DNA of 64,000 nucleotides from Eledone cirrhosa (taxonomy: Eukaryota): NCBI GenBank assembly GCA_964016885.1, contig OZ024740.1:21204001-21268000 (forward strand), written 5' to 3'. The position numbers were made by a program, and so were the translations under genes. Below, piece after piece: positions 1-14,900 of this stretch. The notes below the pieces were generated by a model. It saw only the letters and a list, made by a program, of their open reading frames with translations, had not been told where the DNA came from and ran no database searches. Position 1 is the stretch's first letter. Each line of letters begins with the position of its first letter.

Positions 1-51
1 TCACATTGAAAGAAGGAATGGTACATTGTCTAATGTAGTCCAAGATATACT
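1..51 (-). repeat. Inverted satellite segment, truncated by the window start (lineage A)
   Basis: Reverse complement of the monomer, ending ...CAAGATATACT|ATGTACC, the same right junction as the other inversions. Confidence 0.95.
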
Positions 52-770
52 ATGTACCATTCCTTCTTTCAATGTCATATTATCAGACAGTATATCTTCG
101 ACTACATTAGACAATATACCATTCCTTCTTTCAATGTGATATTATCAGACAGTATATCTTCGACTACATTAGACAATATACCATTCCTTCTTTCAATGTG
201 ATATTATCAGACAGTATATCTTGGACAACATTAGACAATGTACCATTCTTTCTTTCAAGGTGATATTATCAGACAGTATATCTTGGACTACAATAGACAA
301 TGTACTATTCCTACTTTCAATGTGATATTAACAAACAGTATATCTTGGACTACATTATACAATGTACCATTCCTTCTTTCAATGTTATATTATCAGACTG
401 TATATCTTGGACTACATTAGACAATATACCATTCCTTCTTTCAATGTGATATTATCAGACAGTATATCTTGGACTACATTAGACAATGTACCATTCCTTC
501 TTTCAATGTGATATTATCAGACAGTATATTTTGGACTACATTAGACAATGTACCATTCCTTCTTTCAATGGGATATTATCAGACAGTATATCTTGGACTA
601 CATTAGACAATGTACCATTCCTTCTTTCAAGGTGATATTATCAGACAGTATATCTTGGACTACATTAGACAATGTACCATTCCTTCTTTCAATGTGATAT
701 TATCAGACAGTGTATCTTGGACTACATTAGACAATGTACCATTCCTTCTGTCAATGTGATATTATCAGAC

Positions 771-857
771 TGTCTAATGTAGTCCAAGATATACTGTCTG
801 ATAATATCACATTGAAAGAAGGAATGGTACATTGTCTAATGTAGTCCAAGATATACT
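771..857 (-). repeat. 87-bp in-place inversion (lineage A)
   Basis: TCAGAC|TGTCTAATG...AAGATATACT|ATGTACC; the reverse complement of monomer positions 38-62 plus one full monomer. Confidence 0.97.
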
Positions 858-2444
858 ATGTACCATTCCTTCTTTCAATGTCATATTATCAGACAGTATA
901 TCTTCGACTACATTAGACAATGTACCATTCCTTCTTTCAATGTGATATTATCAAACAGTATATCTTGGACTACATTAGACAATGTATCCTTCCTTCTTTC
1001 AATGTGATATTATCAGACAGTATACCTTGGACTACATTAGACAATGTACCATTCCTTCTTTCAATGTGATATTATCAGACAGTATATCTTGGACTGCATT
1101 AGACAATGTACCTTTCCTTCGTTCAAGGTGATATTATCAGACAGTATATCTTGGACTACACTAGACAATGTACCATTCCTTCTTTCAAGGTGATATTATC
1201 AGACAGTATATCTTGGACTAAATTAGACAATGTACCATTCCTTCTTTCAATGTCATATTATCAGACAGTATATCTTGGACTTCATTAGACAATATACCAT
1301 TCCTTCTTTCAATGTGATATTATCAGACAGTATATCTTGGACTACCTTAGACAATGTACCATTCCTTCTTTCATGGTGATATTATCAGACAGTATATCTT
1401 GGACTACATTAGACAATGTACCATTCCTTCTTTCAAGGTGATATTATCAGACAGTATATCTTGGACTACATTAGACAATGTATCGTTCCTTCTTTCAATG
1501 TGATATTATCAGACAGTATATCTTGGACTACATTAGACAATGTACCATTCCTTCTTTCAATGTGATATTATCAGACAGTATATCTTGGACTACATTAGAC
1601 AATGTACCATTCCTTCTTTCAATGGTATATTAGCAGACAGTATATCTTGGACTACATTAGACAATATACCATTCCTTCTTTCAATATGATATTATCAGAC
1701 AGTATATCTTGGACTACATTAGACAATGTACCATTCCTTCTTTCAATCGGATATTATCAGACAGTATATCTTGGACTACATTAGACAATATACCATTCCT
1801 TCTTTCAATGTGATATTATCAGACAGTATATCTTGGACTACATTAGACAATGTACCGTTCCTTCTTTAAATGTGGTATTATCAGACAGTATATTTTGGAC
1901 TACATTAGACAATGTACCATTCCTTCTTTCAATGGGATATTATCAGACAGTATATCTTGGACTACATTAGACAATATACCATTCCTTCTTTCAAGGTGAT
2001 ATTATCAGACAGTATATCTTGGACTACATTAGACAATGTACCATTCCTTCTTTCAATGTGATATTATCAGACAGTGTATCTTGGACTACATTAGACAATA
2101 TACCATTCCTTCTTTCAATGTGATATTATCAGACAGTATATCTTGGACTACATTAGACAATGTACCATTCCTTCTTTCAATGTGATATTATCAGACAGTA
2201 TATTTTGGACTACATTAGACAATGTACCATTCCTTCTTTCAATGGGATATTATCAGACAGTATATCTTGGACTACATTAGACAATGTACCATTCCTTCTT
2301 TCAAGGTGATATTATCAGACAGTATATCTTGGACTACATTAGACAATGTACCATTCCTTCTTTCAATGTGATATTATCAGACAGTGTATCTTGGACTACA
2401 TTAGACAATGTACCATTCCTTCTGTCAATGTGATATTATCAGAC

Positions 2445-2531
2445 TGTCTAATGTAGTCCAAGATATACTGTCTGATAATATCACATTGAAAGAAGGAATG
2501 GTACATTGTCTAATGTAGTCCAAGATATACT
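2445..2531 (-). repeat. 87-bp in-place inversion (lineage A)
   Basis: Same junctions; 1674 bp (27 monomers) after the previous copy. Confidence 0.97.
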
Positions 2532-3870
2532 ATGTACCATTCCTTCTTTCAATGTCATATTATCAGACAGTATATCTTCGACTACATTAGACAATGTACC
2601 ATTCCTTCTTTCAATCTGATATTATCAAACAGTATATCTTGGACTACATTAGACAATGTATCCTTCCTTCTTTCAATGTGATATTATCAGACAGTATACC
2701 TTGGACTACATTAGACAATGTACCATTCCTTCTTTCAATGTGATATTATCAGACAGTATATCTTGGACTGCATTAGACAATGTACCTTTCCTTCGTTCAA
2801 GGTGATATTATCAGACAGTATATCTTGGACTACACTAGACAATGTACCATTCCTTCTTTCAAGGTGATATTATCAGACAGTATATCTTGGACTAAATTAG
2901 ACAATGTACCATTCCTTCTTTCAATGTCATATTATCAGACAGTATATCTTGGACTTCATTAGACAATATACCATTCCTTCTTTCAATGTGATATTATCAG
3001 ACAGTATATCTTGGACTACCTTAGACAATGTACCATTCCTTCTTTCATGGTGATATTATCAGACAGTATATCTTGGACTACATTAGACAATGTACCATTC
3101 CTTCTTTCAAGGTGATATTATCAGACAGTATATCTTGGACTACATTAGACAATGTATCGTTCCTTCTTTCAATGTGATATTATCAGACAGTATATCTTGG
3201 ACTACATTAGACAATGTACCATTCCTTCTTTCAATGTGATATTATCAGACAGTATATCTTGGACTACATTAGACAATGTACCATTCCTTCTTTCAATGGG
3301 ATATTAGCAGACAGTATATCTTGGACTACATTAGACAATATACCATTCCTTCTTTCAATATGATATTATCAGACAGTATATCTTGGACTACATTAGACAA
3401 TGTACCATTCCTTCTTTCAATCGGATATTATCAGACAGTATATCTTGGACTACATTAGACAATATACCATTCCTTCTTTCAATGTGATATTATCAGACAA
3501 TATATCTTGGACTACATTAGACAATGTACCATTTCTTCTTTCAATGTTATATTATCAGACAGTATATCTTGGACTACATTAGACAATGTTCCATTCCTTC
3601 TTTCAATGTGATATTATCAGACAGTATATCTTGGAATACATTAGACAATGTACCATTCCTTCTTTCAATGGGATATTATCAGACAGTATATCTTGGACTA
3701 CATTAGACAATGTACCATTCCTTCTTTCAAGGTGATATTATCAGACAGTATATCTTGGACTACATTAGACAATGTACTATTCCTTCTTTCAATGTGATAT
3801 TATCAGACAGTGTATCTTGGACTACATTAGACAATGTACCATTCCTTCTGTCAATGTGATATTATCAGAC

Positions 3871-3957
3871 TGTCTAATGTAGTCCAAGATATACTGTCTG
3901 ATAATATCACATTGAAAGAAGGAATGGTACATTGTCTAATGTAGTCCAAGTTATACT
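3871..3957 (-). repeat. 87-bp in-place inversion (lineage A, AAGTTATACT sub-variant)
   Basis: Same junctions, with an internal SNP near the right end. Confidence 0.97.
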
Positions 3958-4862
3958 ATGTACCATTCCTTCTTTCAATGTCATATTATCAGACAGTATA
4001 TCTTTGACTACATTAGACAATGTACCATTCCTTCTTTCAATGTGATATTATCAAACAGTATATCTTGGACTACATTAGACAATGTATCGTTCCTTCTTTC
4101 AATGTGATATTATCAGACAGTATATCTTGGACTACATTAGACAATGTACCATTTCTTCTTTCAATGTGATATTATCAGACAGTATATCTTGGACTGCATT
4201 AGACAATGTACCATTCCTTCTTTCAAGGTTATATTATCAGACAGTATATCTTGGACTACACTAGACAATGAACCATTCCTTCTTTCAAGGTGATATTATC
4301 AGACAGTATATCTTGGACTAAATTAGACAATGTACCATTCCTTCTTTCAATGTCATATTATCAGACAGTATATCTTGGGCTTCATTAGACAATATACCAT
4401 TCCTTCTTTCAATGTGATATTATCAGACAGTATATCTTGGACTACATTAGACAATGTACCATTCCTTCTTTCAAGGTGATATTATCAGACAGTATATCTT
4501 GGACTACATTAGACAATGTACCATTCCTTCTTTCAAGGTGATATTATCAGACAGTATATCTTGGACTACATTAGACAATGTACCATTCCTTCTTTCAATG
4601 TTATATTATCAGACAGTATATCTTCGACTACATTAGACAATATACCATTCCTTCTTTCAATGTGATATTATCAGACAGTATATCTTGGACAACATTCGAC
4701 AATGTACCATTCTTTCTTTCAAGGTGATATTATCAGACAGTATATCTTGGACTACAATAGACAATGTACCATTCCTTCTTTCAATGTGATATTATCAGAC
4801 AGTGTATCTTGGACTACATTAGACAATGTACCATTCCTTCTGTCAATGTGATATTATCAGAC

Positions 4863-4949
4863 TGTCTAATGTAGTCCAAGATATACTGTCTGATAATATC
4901 ACATTGAAAGAAGGAATGGTACATTGTCTAATGTAGTCCAAGTTATACT
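4863..4949 (-). repeat. 87-bp in-place inversion (lineage A, AAGTTATACT sub-variant)
   Basis: Same junctions and SNP as the copy at 3871; offset 992 bp (16 monomers). Confidence 0.97.
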
Positions 4950-6164
4950 ATGTACCATTCCTTCTTTCAATGTCATATTATCAGACAGTATATCTTCGAC
5001 TACATTAGACAATGTACCATTCCTTCTTTCAATGTGATATTATCAAACAGTATATCTTGGACTACATTAGACAATGTATCGTTCCTTCTTTCAATGTGAT
5101 ATTATCAGACAGTATATCTTGGACTACATTAGACAATGTACCATTTCTTCTTTCAATGTGATATTATCAGACAGTATATCTTGGACTGCATTAGACAATG
5201 TACCATTCCTTCTTTCAAGGTGATATTATCAGACAGTATATCTTGGACTACACTAGACAATGAACCATTCCTTCTTTCAAGGTGATATTATCAGACAGTA
5301 TATCTTGGACTAAATTAGACAATGTACCATTCTTTCTTTCAATGTCATATTATCAGACAGTATATCTTGGACTTCATTAGACAATATACCATTCCTTCTT
5401 TCAATGTGATATTATCAGACAGTATATCTTGGACTACATTAGACAATGTACCATTCCTTCTTTCAAGGTGATATTATCAGACAGTATATCTTGGACTACA
5501 TTAGACAATGTACCATTCCTTCTTTCAAGGTGATATTATCAGACAGTATATCTTGGACTACATTAGACAATGTACCATTCCTTCTTTCAATGTTATATTA
5601 TCAGACAGTATATCTTCGACTACATTAGACAATATACCATTCCTTCTTTCAATGTGATATTATCAGACAGTATATCTTGGACAACATTCGACAATGTACC
5701 ATTCTTTCTTTCAAGGTGATATTATCAGACAGTATATCTTGGACTACAATAGACAATGTACCATTCCTACTTTCAATGTGATATTAACAGACAGTATATC
5801 TTGGACTACATTAGACAATGTACCATTCCTTCTTTCAATGTGATATTATCAGACAGTATATCATGGACTACATTATACAATGTACCATTCCTTCTTTCAA
5901 TGTTATATTATCAGACTGTATATCTTGGACTACATTAGACAATATACCATTCCTTCTTTCAATGTGATATTATCAGACAGTATATCTTGGACTACATTAG
6001 ACAATATACCATTCCTTCTTTCAATGTGATATTATCAGACAGTATATCTTGGACTACATTAGACAATGTACCATTCCTTCTTTCAATGTGATATTATCAG
6101 ACAGTATATCTTGGACTACATTAGACAATGTACCATTCCTTCTGTCAATGTGATATTATCAGAC

Positions 6165-6251
6165 TGCCTAATGTAGTCCAAGATATACTGTCTGATAATA
6201 TCACATTGAAAGAAGGAATGGTACATTGTCTAATGTAGTCCAAGATATACT
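6165..6251 (-). repeat. 87-bp in-place inversion (lineage B)
   Basis: Starts TGCCTAATG instead of TGTCTAATG. Confidence 0.97.
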
Positions 6252-8148
6252 ATGTACCATTCCTTCTTTCAATGTCATATTATCAGACAGTATATCTTCG
6301 ACTACAATAGACAATGTACCCTTCCTACTTTCAATGTGATATTAACAGACAGTATATCATGGACTACATTATACAATGTACCATTCCTTCTTTCAATGTT
6401 ATATTATCAGACTGTATATCTTGGACTACATTAGACAATATACCATTCCTTCTTTCAATGTGATATTATCAGACAGTATATCTTGGACTACATTAGACAA
6501 TGTACCATTCCTTCTTTCAATGTGATATTATCAGACAGTATAACTTGGACTACACTAGACAATGTACCATTCCTTCTTTCAAGGTGATATTATCAGACAG
6601 TATATCTTGGACTAAATTAGACAATGTACCATTCCTTCTTTCAATGTTATATTATCAGACAGTATATCTTGGACTTCATTAGACAATATACCATTCCTTC
6701 TTTCAATGTGATATTATCAGACAGTATATCTTGGACTACATTAGACAATGTACCATTCCTTCTTTCAAGGTGATATTATCAGACAGTATATATTGGACAA
6801 CATTAGACAATGTACCATTCCTTCTTTCAAGGTGATATTATCAGACAGTATATCTTGGACTACATTAGACAATGTACCATTCCTTCTTTCAAGGTGATAT
6901 TATCAGACAGTATATCTTGGACTACATTAGACAATGTACCATTCCTTCTTTCAATGTTATATTATCAGACAGTATATCTTCGACTACATTAGACAATATA
7001 CCATTCCTTCTTTCAATGTGATATTATCAGACAGTATATCTTGGACAACATTAGACAATGTACCATTCTTTCTTTCAAGGTGATATTATCAGACAGTATA
7101 TCTTGGACTACAATAGACAATGTACCATTCCTACTTTCAATGTGATATTATCAGACAGTATATCTTGGACTACATTAGACAATATACCATTCCTTCTTTC
7201 AATGTGATATTATCAGACAGTATATCTTGGACTACATTAGACAATGTACCATTCCTTCTTTCAAGGTGATATTATCAGACAGTATATCTTGGACTACATT
7301 AGACAATGTACCATTCCTTCTTTCAAGTTGATATTATCAGACAGTATATCTTGGACTACATTAGACAATGTACCATTCCTTCTTTCAAGGTGATATTATC
7401 AGACAGTATATCTTGGACTACATTAGACAATGTACCATTCCTTCTTTTAATGTTATATTATCAGACAGTATATCTTCGACTACATTAGACAATATACCAT
7501 TTCTTCTTTCAATGTGATTTTATCAGACAGTATATCTTGGACAACATTCGACAATGTACTATTCTTTCTTTCAAGGTGATATTATCAGACAGTATATCTT
7601 GGACTACAATAGACAATGTACCATTCCTACTTTCAATGTGATATTAACAGACAGTATATCTTGGACTACATTAGACAATGTACCATTCCTTCTTTCAATG
7701 TGATATTATCAGACAGTATATCATGGACTACATTATACAATGTACCATTCCTTCTTTCAATGTTATATTATCAGACTGTATATCTTGGACTACATTAGAC
7801 AATATACCATTCCTTCTTTCAATGTGATATTATCAGACAGTATATCTTGGACTACATTAGACAATGTACCATTCCTTCTTTCAATGTGATATTATCAGAC
7901 AGTATATCTTGGACTACATTAGACAATGTACCATTCCTTCTTTCAATGGGATATTATCAGACAGTATATCTTGGACTACATTAGACAATGTACCATTTCT
8001 TCTTTCAAGTTGATATTATCAGACAGTATATCTTGGACTACATTAGACAATGTACCATTCCTTCTTTCAATGTGATATTATCAGACAGTGTATTTTGCAC
8101 TACATTAGACAATGTACCATTCCTTCTGTCAATGTGATATTATCAGAC

Positions 8149-8235
8149 TGCCTAATGTAGTCCAAGATATACTGTCTGATAATATCACATTGAAAGAAGG
8201 AATGGTACATTGTCTAATGTAGTCCAAGATATACT
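8149..8235 (-). repeat. 87-bp in-place inversion (lineage B)
   Basis: TCAGAC|TGCCTAATG...ATACT|ATGTACC. Confidence 0.97.
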
Positions 8236-8830
8236 ATGTACCATTCCTTCTTTCAATGTCATATTAACAGACAGTATATCTTCGACTACAATAGACAATG
8301 TACCATTCCTACTTTCAATGTGATATTAACAGACAGTATATCTTGGACTACATTAGACAATGTACCATTCCTTCTTTCAATGTGATATTATCAGAGAGTA
8401 TATCTTGGACTACATTAGACAATGTACCATTCCTTCTTTCAAGGTGATATTATCAGACAGTATATCTTGGACTACATTAGACAATGTACCATTCCTTCTT
8501 TCAAGGTGATATTATCAGACAGTATATCTTGGACTACATTAGACAATGTACCATTCCTTCTTTCAAGGTGATATTATCAGACAGTATATCTTGGACTACA
8601 TTAGACAATGTACCATTCCTTCTTTCAATGTTATATTATCAGACAGTATATCTTCGACTACATTAGACAATATACCATTCCTTCTTTCAATGTGATATTA
8701 TCAGACAGTATATCTTGGACTACATTAGACAATGTATCGTTCCTTCTTTCAATGTGATATTATCAGACAGTATACCTTGGACTACATTAGACAATGTACC
8801 ATTCCTTCTGTCAATGTGATATTATCAGAC

Positions 8831-8917
8831 TGCCTAATGTAGTCCAAGATATACTGTCTGATAATATCACATTGAAAGAAGGAATGGTACATTGTCTAAT
8901 GTAGTCCAAGATATACT
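8831..8917 (-). repeat. 87-bp in-place inversion (lineage B)
   Basis: Same junctions; 682 bp (11 monomers) after the previous copy. Confidence 0.97.
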
Positions 8918-11900
8918 ATGTACCATTCCTTCTTTCAATGTCATATTATCAGACAGTATATCTTCGACTACAATAGACAATGTACCATTCCTACTTTCAA
9001 TGTGATATTAACAGACAGTATATCTTGGACTACATTAGACAATGTACCATTCCTTCTTTCAATGTGATATTATCAGAGAGTATATCTTGGACTACATTAG
9101 ACAATGTACCATTCCTTCTTTCAAGGTGATATTATCAGACAGTATATCTTGGACTACATTAGACAATGTACCATTCTTTCTTTCAAGGTGATATTATCAG
9201 ACAGTATATCTTGGACTACAATAGACAATGTACCATTCCTACTTTCAATGTGATATTATCAGACAGTATATCTTTGACTACATTAGACAATGTACCATTC
9301 CTTCTTTCAATGTGATATTATCAGACAGTATATCATGGACTACATTATACAATGTACCATTCCTTCTTTCAATGTTATATTATCAGACTGTATATCTTGG
9401 ACTACATTAGACAATATACCATTCCTTCTTTCAATGTGATATTATCAGACAGTATATCTTGGACTACATTAGACAATGTACCATTCCTTCTTTCAATGTG
9501 ATATTATCAGACAGTATATCTTGGACTACATTATACAATGTACCATTCCTTCTTTCAATGTTATATTATCAGACTGTATATCTTGGACTACATTAGACAA
9601 TATACCATTCCTTCTTTCAATGTGATATTATCAGACAGTATATCTTGGACTACATTAGACAATGTATCGTTCCTTCTTTCAATGTGATATTATCAGACAG
9701 TATACCTTGGACTACATTAGACAATGTACCACTCTTTCCTTCAAGGTGATATTATCAGACAGTATATCTTGGACTACATTAGACAATGTACCATTCCTTC
9801 TTTCAATGTGATATTATCAGACAGTATAACTTTGACTACATTAGACAAAGTACCATTCCTTCTTTCAATGTGATATTATCAGACAGTATATCTTGGACTA
9901 CATTAGACAATGTACCATTCCTTCTTTCAAGGTGATATTATCAGACAGTATATCTTGGACTACATTAGACAATGTACCGTTCCTTCTTTCAATGTGATAT
10001 TATCAGACAGTATATCTTGGACAACATTAGACAATGTACCATTCTTTCTTTCAAGGTGATATTATCAGACAGTATATCATGGACTACATTATACAATGTA
10101 CCATTCCTTCTTTCAATGTTATAATATCAGACTGTATATCTTGGACTACAGTAGACAATATACCATTCCTTCTTTCAATGTGATATTATCAGACAGTATA
10201 TCTTGGACTACATTAGACAATGTACCATTCCTTCTTTCAATGTGATATTATCAGACAGTATATCTTGGACTACATTAGACAATGTACCATTCCTTCTTTC
10301 AATGGGATATTATCAGACAGTATATCTTGGACTACATTAGACAATGTACCATTCCTTCTTTCAAGGTGATATTATCAGACAGTATAACTTGGACTACATT
10401 AGACAATGTACCATTCCTTCTTTCAACGTCATATTATCAGACAGTATATCTTCGACTACGTTAGACAATGTACCATTCCTTCTTTCAATGTGATATTATC
10501 AAACAGTATATCTTGGACTACATTAGACAATGTATCGTTCCTTCTTTCAATGTGATATTATCAGACAGTATATCTTGGACTACATTAGACAATGTACCAT
10601 TCCTTCTTTCAATGTGATATTATCAAGACAGTATATCTTGGACTGCATTATACAATGTACCATTCCTTCTTTCAATGTTATATTATCAGACGGTATATCT
10701 TGGACTACATTAGACAATATACCATTCCTTCTTTCAATGTGATATTATCAGACAGTATATCTTGGACTACATTAGACAATGTACCATTCCTTCTTTCAAT
10801 GTGATATTATCAGACAGTATATCTTGGACTACATTATGCAATGTACCCTTCCTTCTTTCAATTTGATATTATCAGACTGTATATCTTGGACTACATTAGA
10901 CAATATACCATTCCTTCTTTCAATGTGATTTATCAGACAGTATATATTGGACTACATTAGACAATGTATCGTTCCTTCTTTCAATGTGATATTATCAGAC
11001 AGTATATCTTGGACTACATTAGAAAATGTACCATTCTTTCTTTCAAGGTGATATTATCAGACAGTATATCTTCGACTACATTAGACAATGTACCATTCCT
11101 TCTTTCAATGTGATATTATCAGACAGTATAACTTTGACTACATTAAACAAAGTACCATTCCTTCTTTCAATGTGATATTATCAGACAGTATATCTTGGAC
11201 TACATTAGACAATGTACCGTTCCTTCTTTCAATGTGATATTATCAGACAGTATATCTTGGACTACATTAGACAATGTACCATTCCTTCTTTCAATGGGAT
11301 ATTATCAGACAGTATATCTTGGACTACATTAGACAATATACCATTCCTTCTTTCAATGTGATATTATCAGACAGTATATCTTGGACTACATTAGACAATG
11401 TACCATTCCTTCTTTCAATGTTATATTATCAGACAGTATATCTTGGACTACATTAGACAATGTACCATTCCTTCTTTCAATGTGATATTATCAGACAGTA
11501 TATCTTGGGCTACATTAGACAATGTACCATTCCTCCTTTAAATGTGATATTATCAGACAGTATATCTTGGACTACATTAGACAATGTACCATTCCTTCTT
11601 TCAATGTGATATTATCAGACAGTATATCTTGGACTACATTTGACATTGTACCATTCCTTCTTTCAATGTGATATTATCAGACAGTATATCTTGGACTACA
11701 TTAGACAATAGTCCATTCCTTCTTTCAATATGATATTATCAGACAGTATATATTGGACTACATTAGATAATGTACCATTCCTTCTTTCAAGGTTATTTTA
11801 TCAGACAGTATATCTTGGACTACATCAGAAAATGTACCATTACTTCTTTCAATGTGATATTATCAGACAGTATATCTTGGACTACATTTGACAATGTATC

Positions 11901-14900
11901 GTTCCTTCTTTCAATGTGATATTATCAGACAGTATATCTTGGACTACATTAGATAATGTACCATTCCTTCTTTCAAGGTGATATTATCAGACAGTATATC
12001 TTGGACTACATTAGACAATGTACCATTCCTTCTTTCAACGTCATATTATCAGACAGTATATCTTCGACTACGTTAGACAATGTACCATTCCTTCTTTCAA
12101 TGTGATATTATCAAACAGTATATCTTGGACTACATTAGACAATGTATCGTTCCTTCTTTCAATGTGATATTATCAGACAGTATATCTTGGACTACATTAG
12201 ACAATGTACCATTCCTTCTTTCAATGTGATATTATCAGACAGTATATCTTGGACTGCATTATACAATGTACCATTCCTTCTTTCAATGTTATATTATCAG
12301 ACGGTATATCTTGGACTACATTAGACAATATACCATTCCTTCTTTCAATGTGATATTATCAGACAGTATATCTTGGACTACATTAGACAATGTACCATTC
12401 CTTCTTTCAATGTGATATTATCAGACAGTATATCTTGGACTACATTATGCAATGTACCCTTCCTTCTTTCAATCTGATATTATCAGACTGTATATCTTGG
12501 ACTACATTAGACAATATACCATTCCTTCTTTCAATGTGATTTATCAGACAGTATATATTGGACTACATTAGACAATGTATCGTTCCTTCTTTCAATGTGA
12601 TATTATCAGACAGTATATCTTGGACTACATTAGAAAATGTACCATTCTTTCTTTCAAGGTGATATTATCAGACAGTATATCTTCGACTACATTAGACAAT
12701 GTACCATTCCTTCTTTCAATGTGATATTATCAGACAGTATAACTTTGACTACATTAAACAAAGTACCATTCCTTCTTTCAATGTGATATTATCAGACAGT
12801 ATATCTTGGACTACATTAGACAATGTACCGTTCCTTCTTTCAATGTGATATTATCAGACAGTATATCTTGGACTACATTAGACAATGTACCATTCCTTCT
12901 TTCAATGGGATATTATCAGACAGTATATCTTGGACTACATTAGACAATATACCATTCCTTCTTTCAATGTGATATTATCAGACAGTATATCTTGGACTAC
13001 ATTAGACAATGTACCATTCCTTCTTTCAATGTGATATTATCAGACAGTATATCTTGGACTACATTTGACATTGTACCATTCCTTCTTTCAATGTGATATT
13101 ATCAGACAGTATATCTTGGACTACATTAGACAATAGTCCATTCCTTCTTTCAATATGATATTATCAGACAGTATATATTGGACTACATTAGATAATGTAC
13201 CATTCCTTCTTTCAAGGTTATTTTATCAGACAGTATATCTTGGACTACATCAGAAAATGTACCATTACTTCTTTCAATGTGATATTATCAGACAGTATAT
13301 CTTGGACTACATTTGACAATGTATCGTTCCTTCTTTCAATGTGATATTATCAGACAGTATATCTTGGACTACATTAGATAATGTACCATTCCTTCTTTCA
13401 AGGTGATATTATCAGACAGTATATCTTGGACTACATTAGACAATGTACCATTCCTTCTTTCAACGTCATATTATCAGACAGTATATCTTCGACTACGTTA
13501 GACAATGTACCATTCCTTCTTTCAATGTGATATTATCAAACAGTATATCTTGGACTACATTAGACAATGTATCGTTCCTTCTTTCAATGTGATATTATCA
13601 GACAGTATATCTTGGACTACATTAGACAATGTACCATTCCTTCTTTCAATGTGATATTATCAGACAGTATATCTTGGACTGCATTATACAATGTACCATT
13701 CCTTCTTTCAATGTTATATTATCAGACGGTATATCTTGGACTACATTAGACAATATACCATTCCTTCTTTCAATGTGATATTATCAGACAGTATATCTTG
13801 GACTACATTAGACAATGTACCATTCCTTCTTTCAATGTGATATTATCAGACAGTATATCTTGGACTACATTATGCAATGTACCCTTCCTTCTTTCAATCT
13901 GATATTATCAGACTGTATATCTTGGACTACATTAGACAATATACCATTCCTTCTTTCAATGTGATTTATCAGACAGTATATATTGGACTACATTAGACAA
14001 TGTATCGTTCCTTCTTTCAATGTGATATTATCAGACAGTATATCTTGGACTACATTAGAAAATGTACCATTCTTTCTTTCAAGGTGATATTATCAGACAG
14101 TATATCTTCGACTACATTAGACAATGTACCATTCCTTCTTTCAATGTGATATTATCAGACAGTATAACTTTGACTACATTAAACAAAGTACCATTCCTTC
14201 TTTCAATGTGATATTATCAGACAGTATATCTTGGACTACATTAGACAATGTACCGTTCCTTCTTTCAATGTGATATTATCAGACAGTATATCTTGGACTA
14301 CATTAGACAATGTACCATTCCTTCTTTCAATGGGATATTATCAGACAGTATATCTTGGACTACATTAGACAATATACCATTCCTTCTTTCAATGTGATAT
14401 TATCAGACAGTATATCTTGGACTACATTAGACAATGTACCATTCCTTCTTTCAATGTTATATTATCAGACAGTATATCTTGGACTACATTAGACAATGTA
14501 CCTTTCCTTCTTTCAATGTGATATTATCAGACAGTATATCTTGGACTTCATTAGACAATGTACCATTCCTTCTTTCAATGTGATATTATCAGACAGTATA
14601 TCTTGGACTACATTAGACAATGTACCATTCCTTCTTTAAATGTGATATTATCAGACAGTATATCTTGGACTACATTAGACAATGTACCATTCCTTCTTTC
14701 AATGTGATATTATCAGACAGTATATCTTGGACTACATTTGACATTGTACCATTCCTTCTTTCAATGTGATATTATCAGACAGTATATCTTGGACTACATT
14801 AGACAATAGTCCATTCCTTCTTTCAATATGATATTATCAGACAGTATATCTTGGACTACATTAGATAATGTACCATTCCTTCTTTCAAGGTTATTTTATC

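Larger units (their letters stand above)
424..3480 (+). repeat. Higher-order tandem duplication, 1674-bp period (27 monomers), about 1.8 copies
   Basis: Rare variants recur at +1674 (inversions 771/2445; CTTTCCTTCGTTC monomers 1106/2780; ATTAGCAG monomers 1602/3276). Boundaries are approximate. Confidence 0.85.
3780..5760 (+). repeat. Higher-order tandem duplication, 992-bp period (16 monomers), 2 copies
   Basis: Inversions 3871/4863 and the AATGAACC and ACAACATTCG variants recur at +992. Confidence 0.85.

Noticed and set aside
771-857. Inversions as MITE insertions or recombinase-driven invertible switches
   Set aside because: There is no foreign sequence, target-site duplication, flanking inverted recombination sites or recombinase gene. 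Shared flanking SNPs point to a single inherited event.
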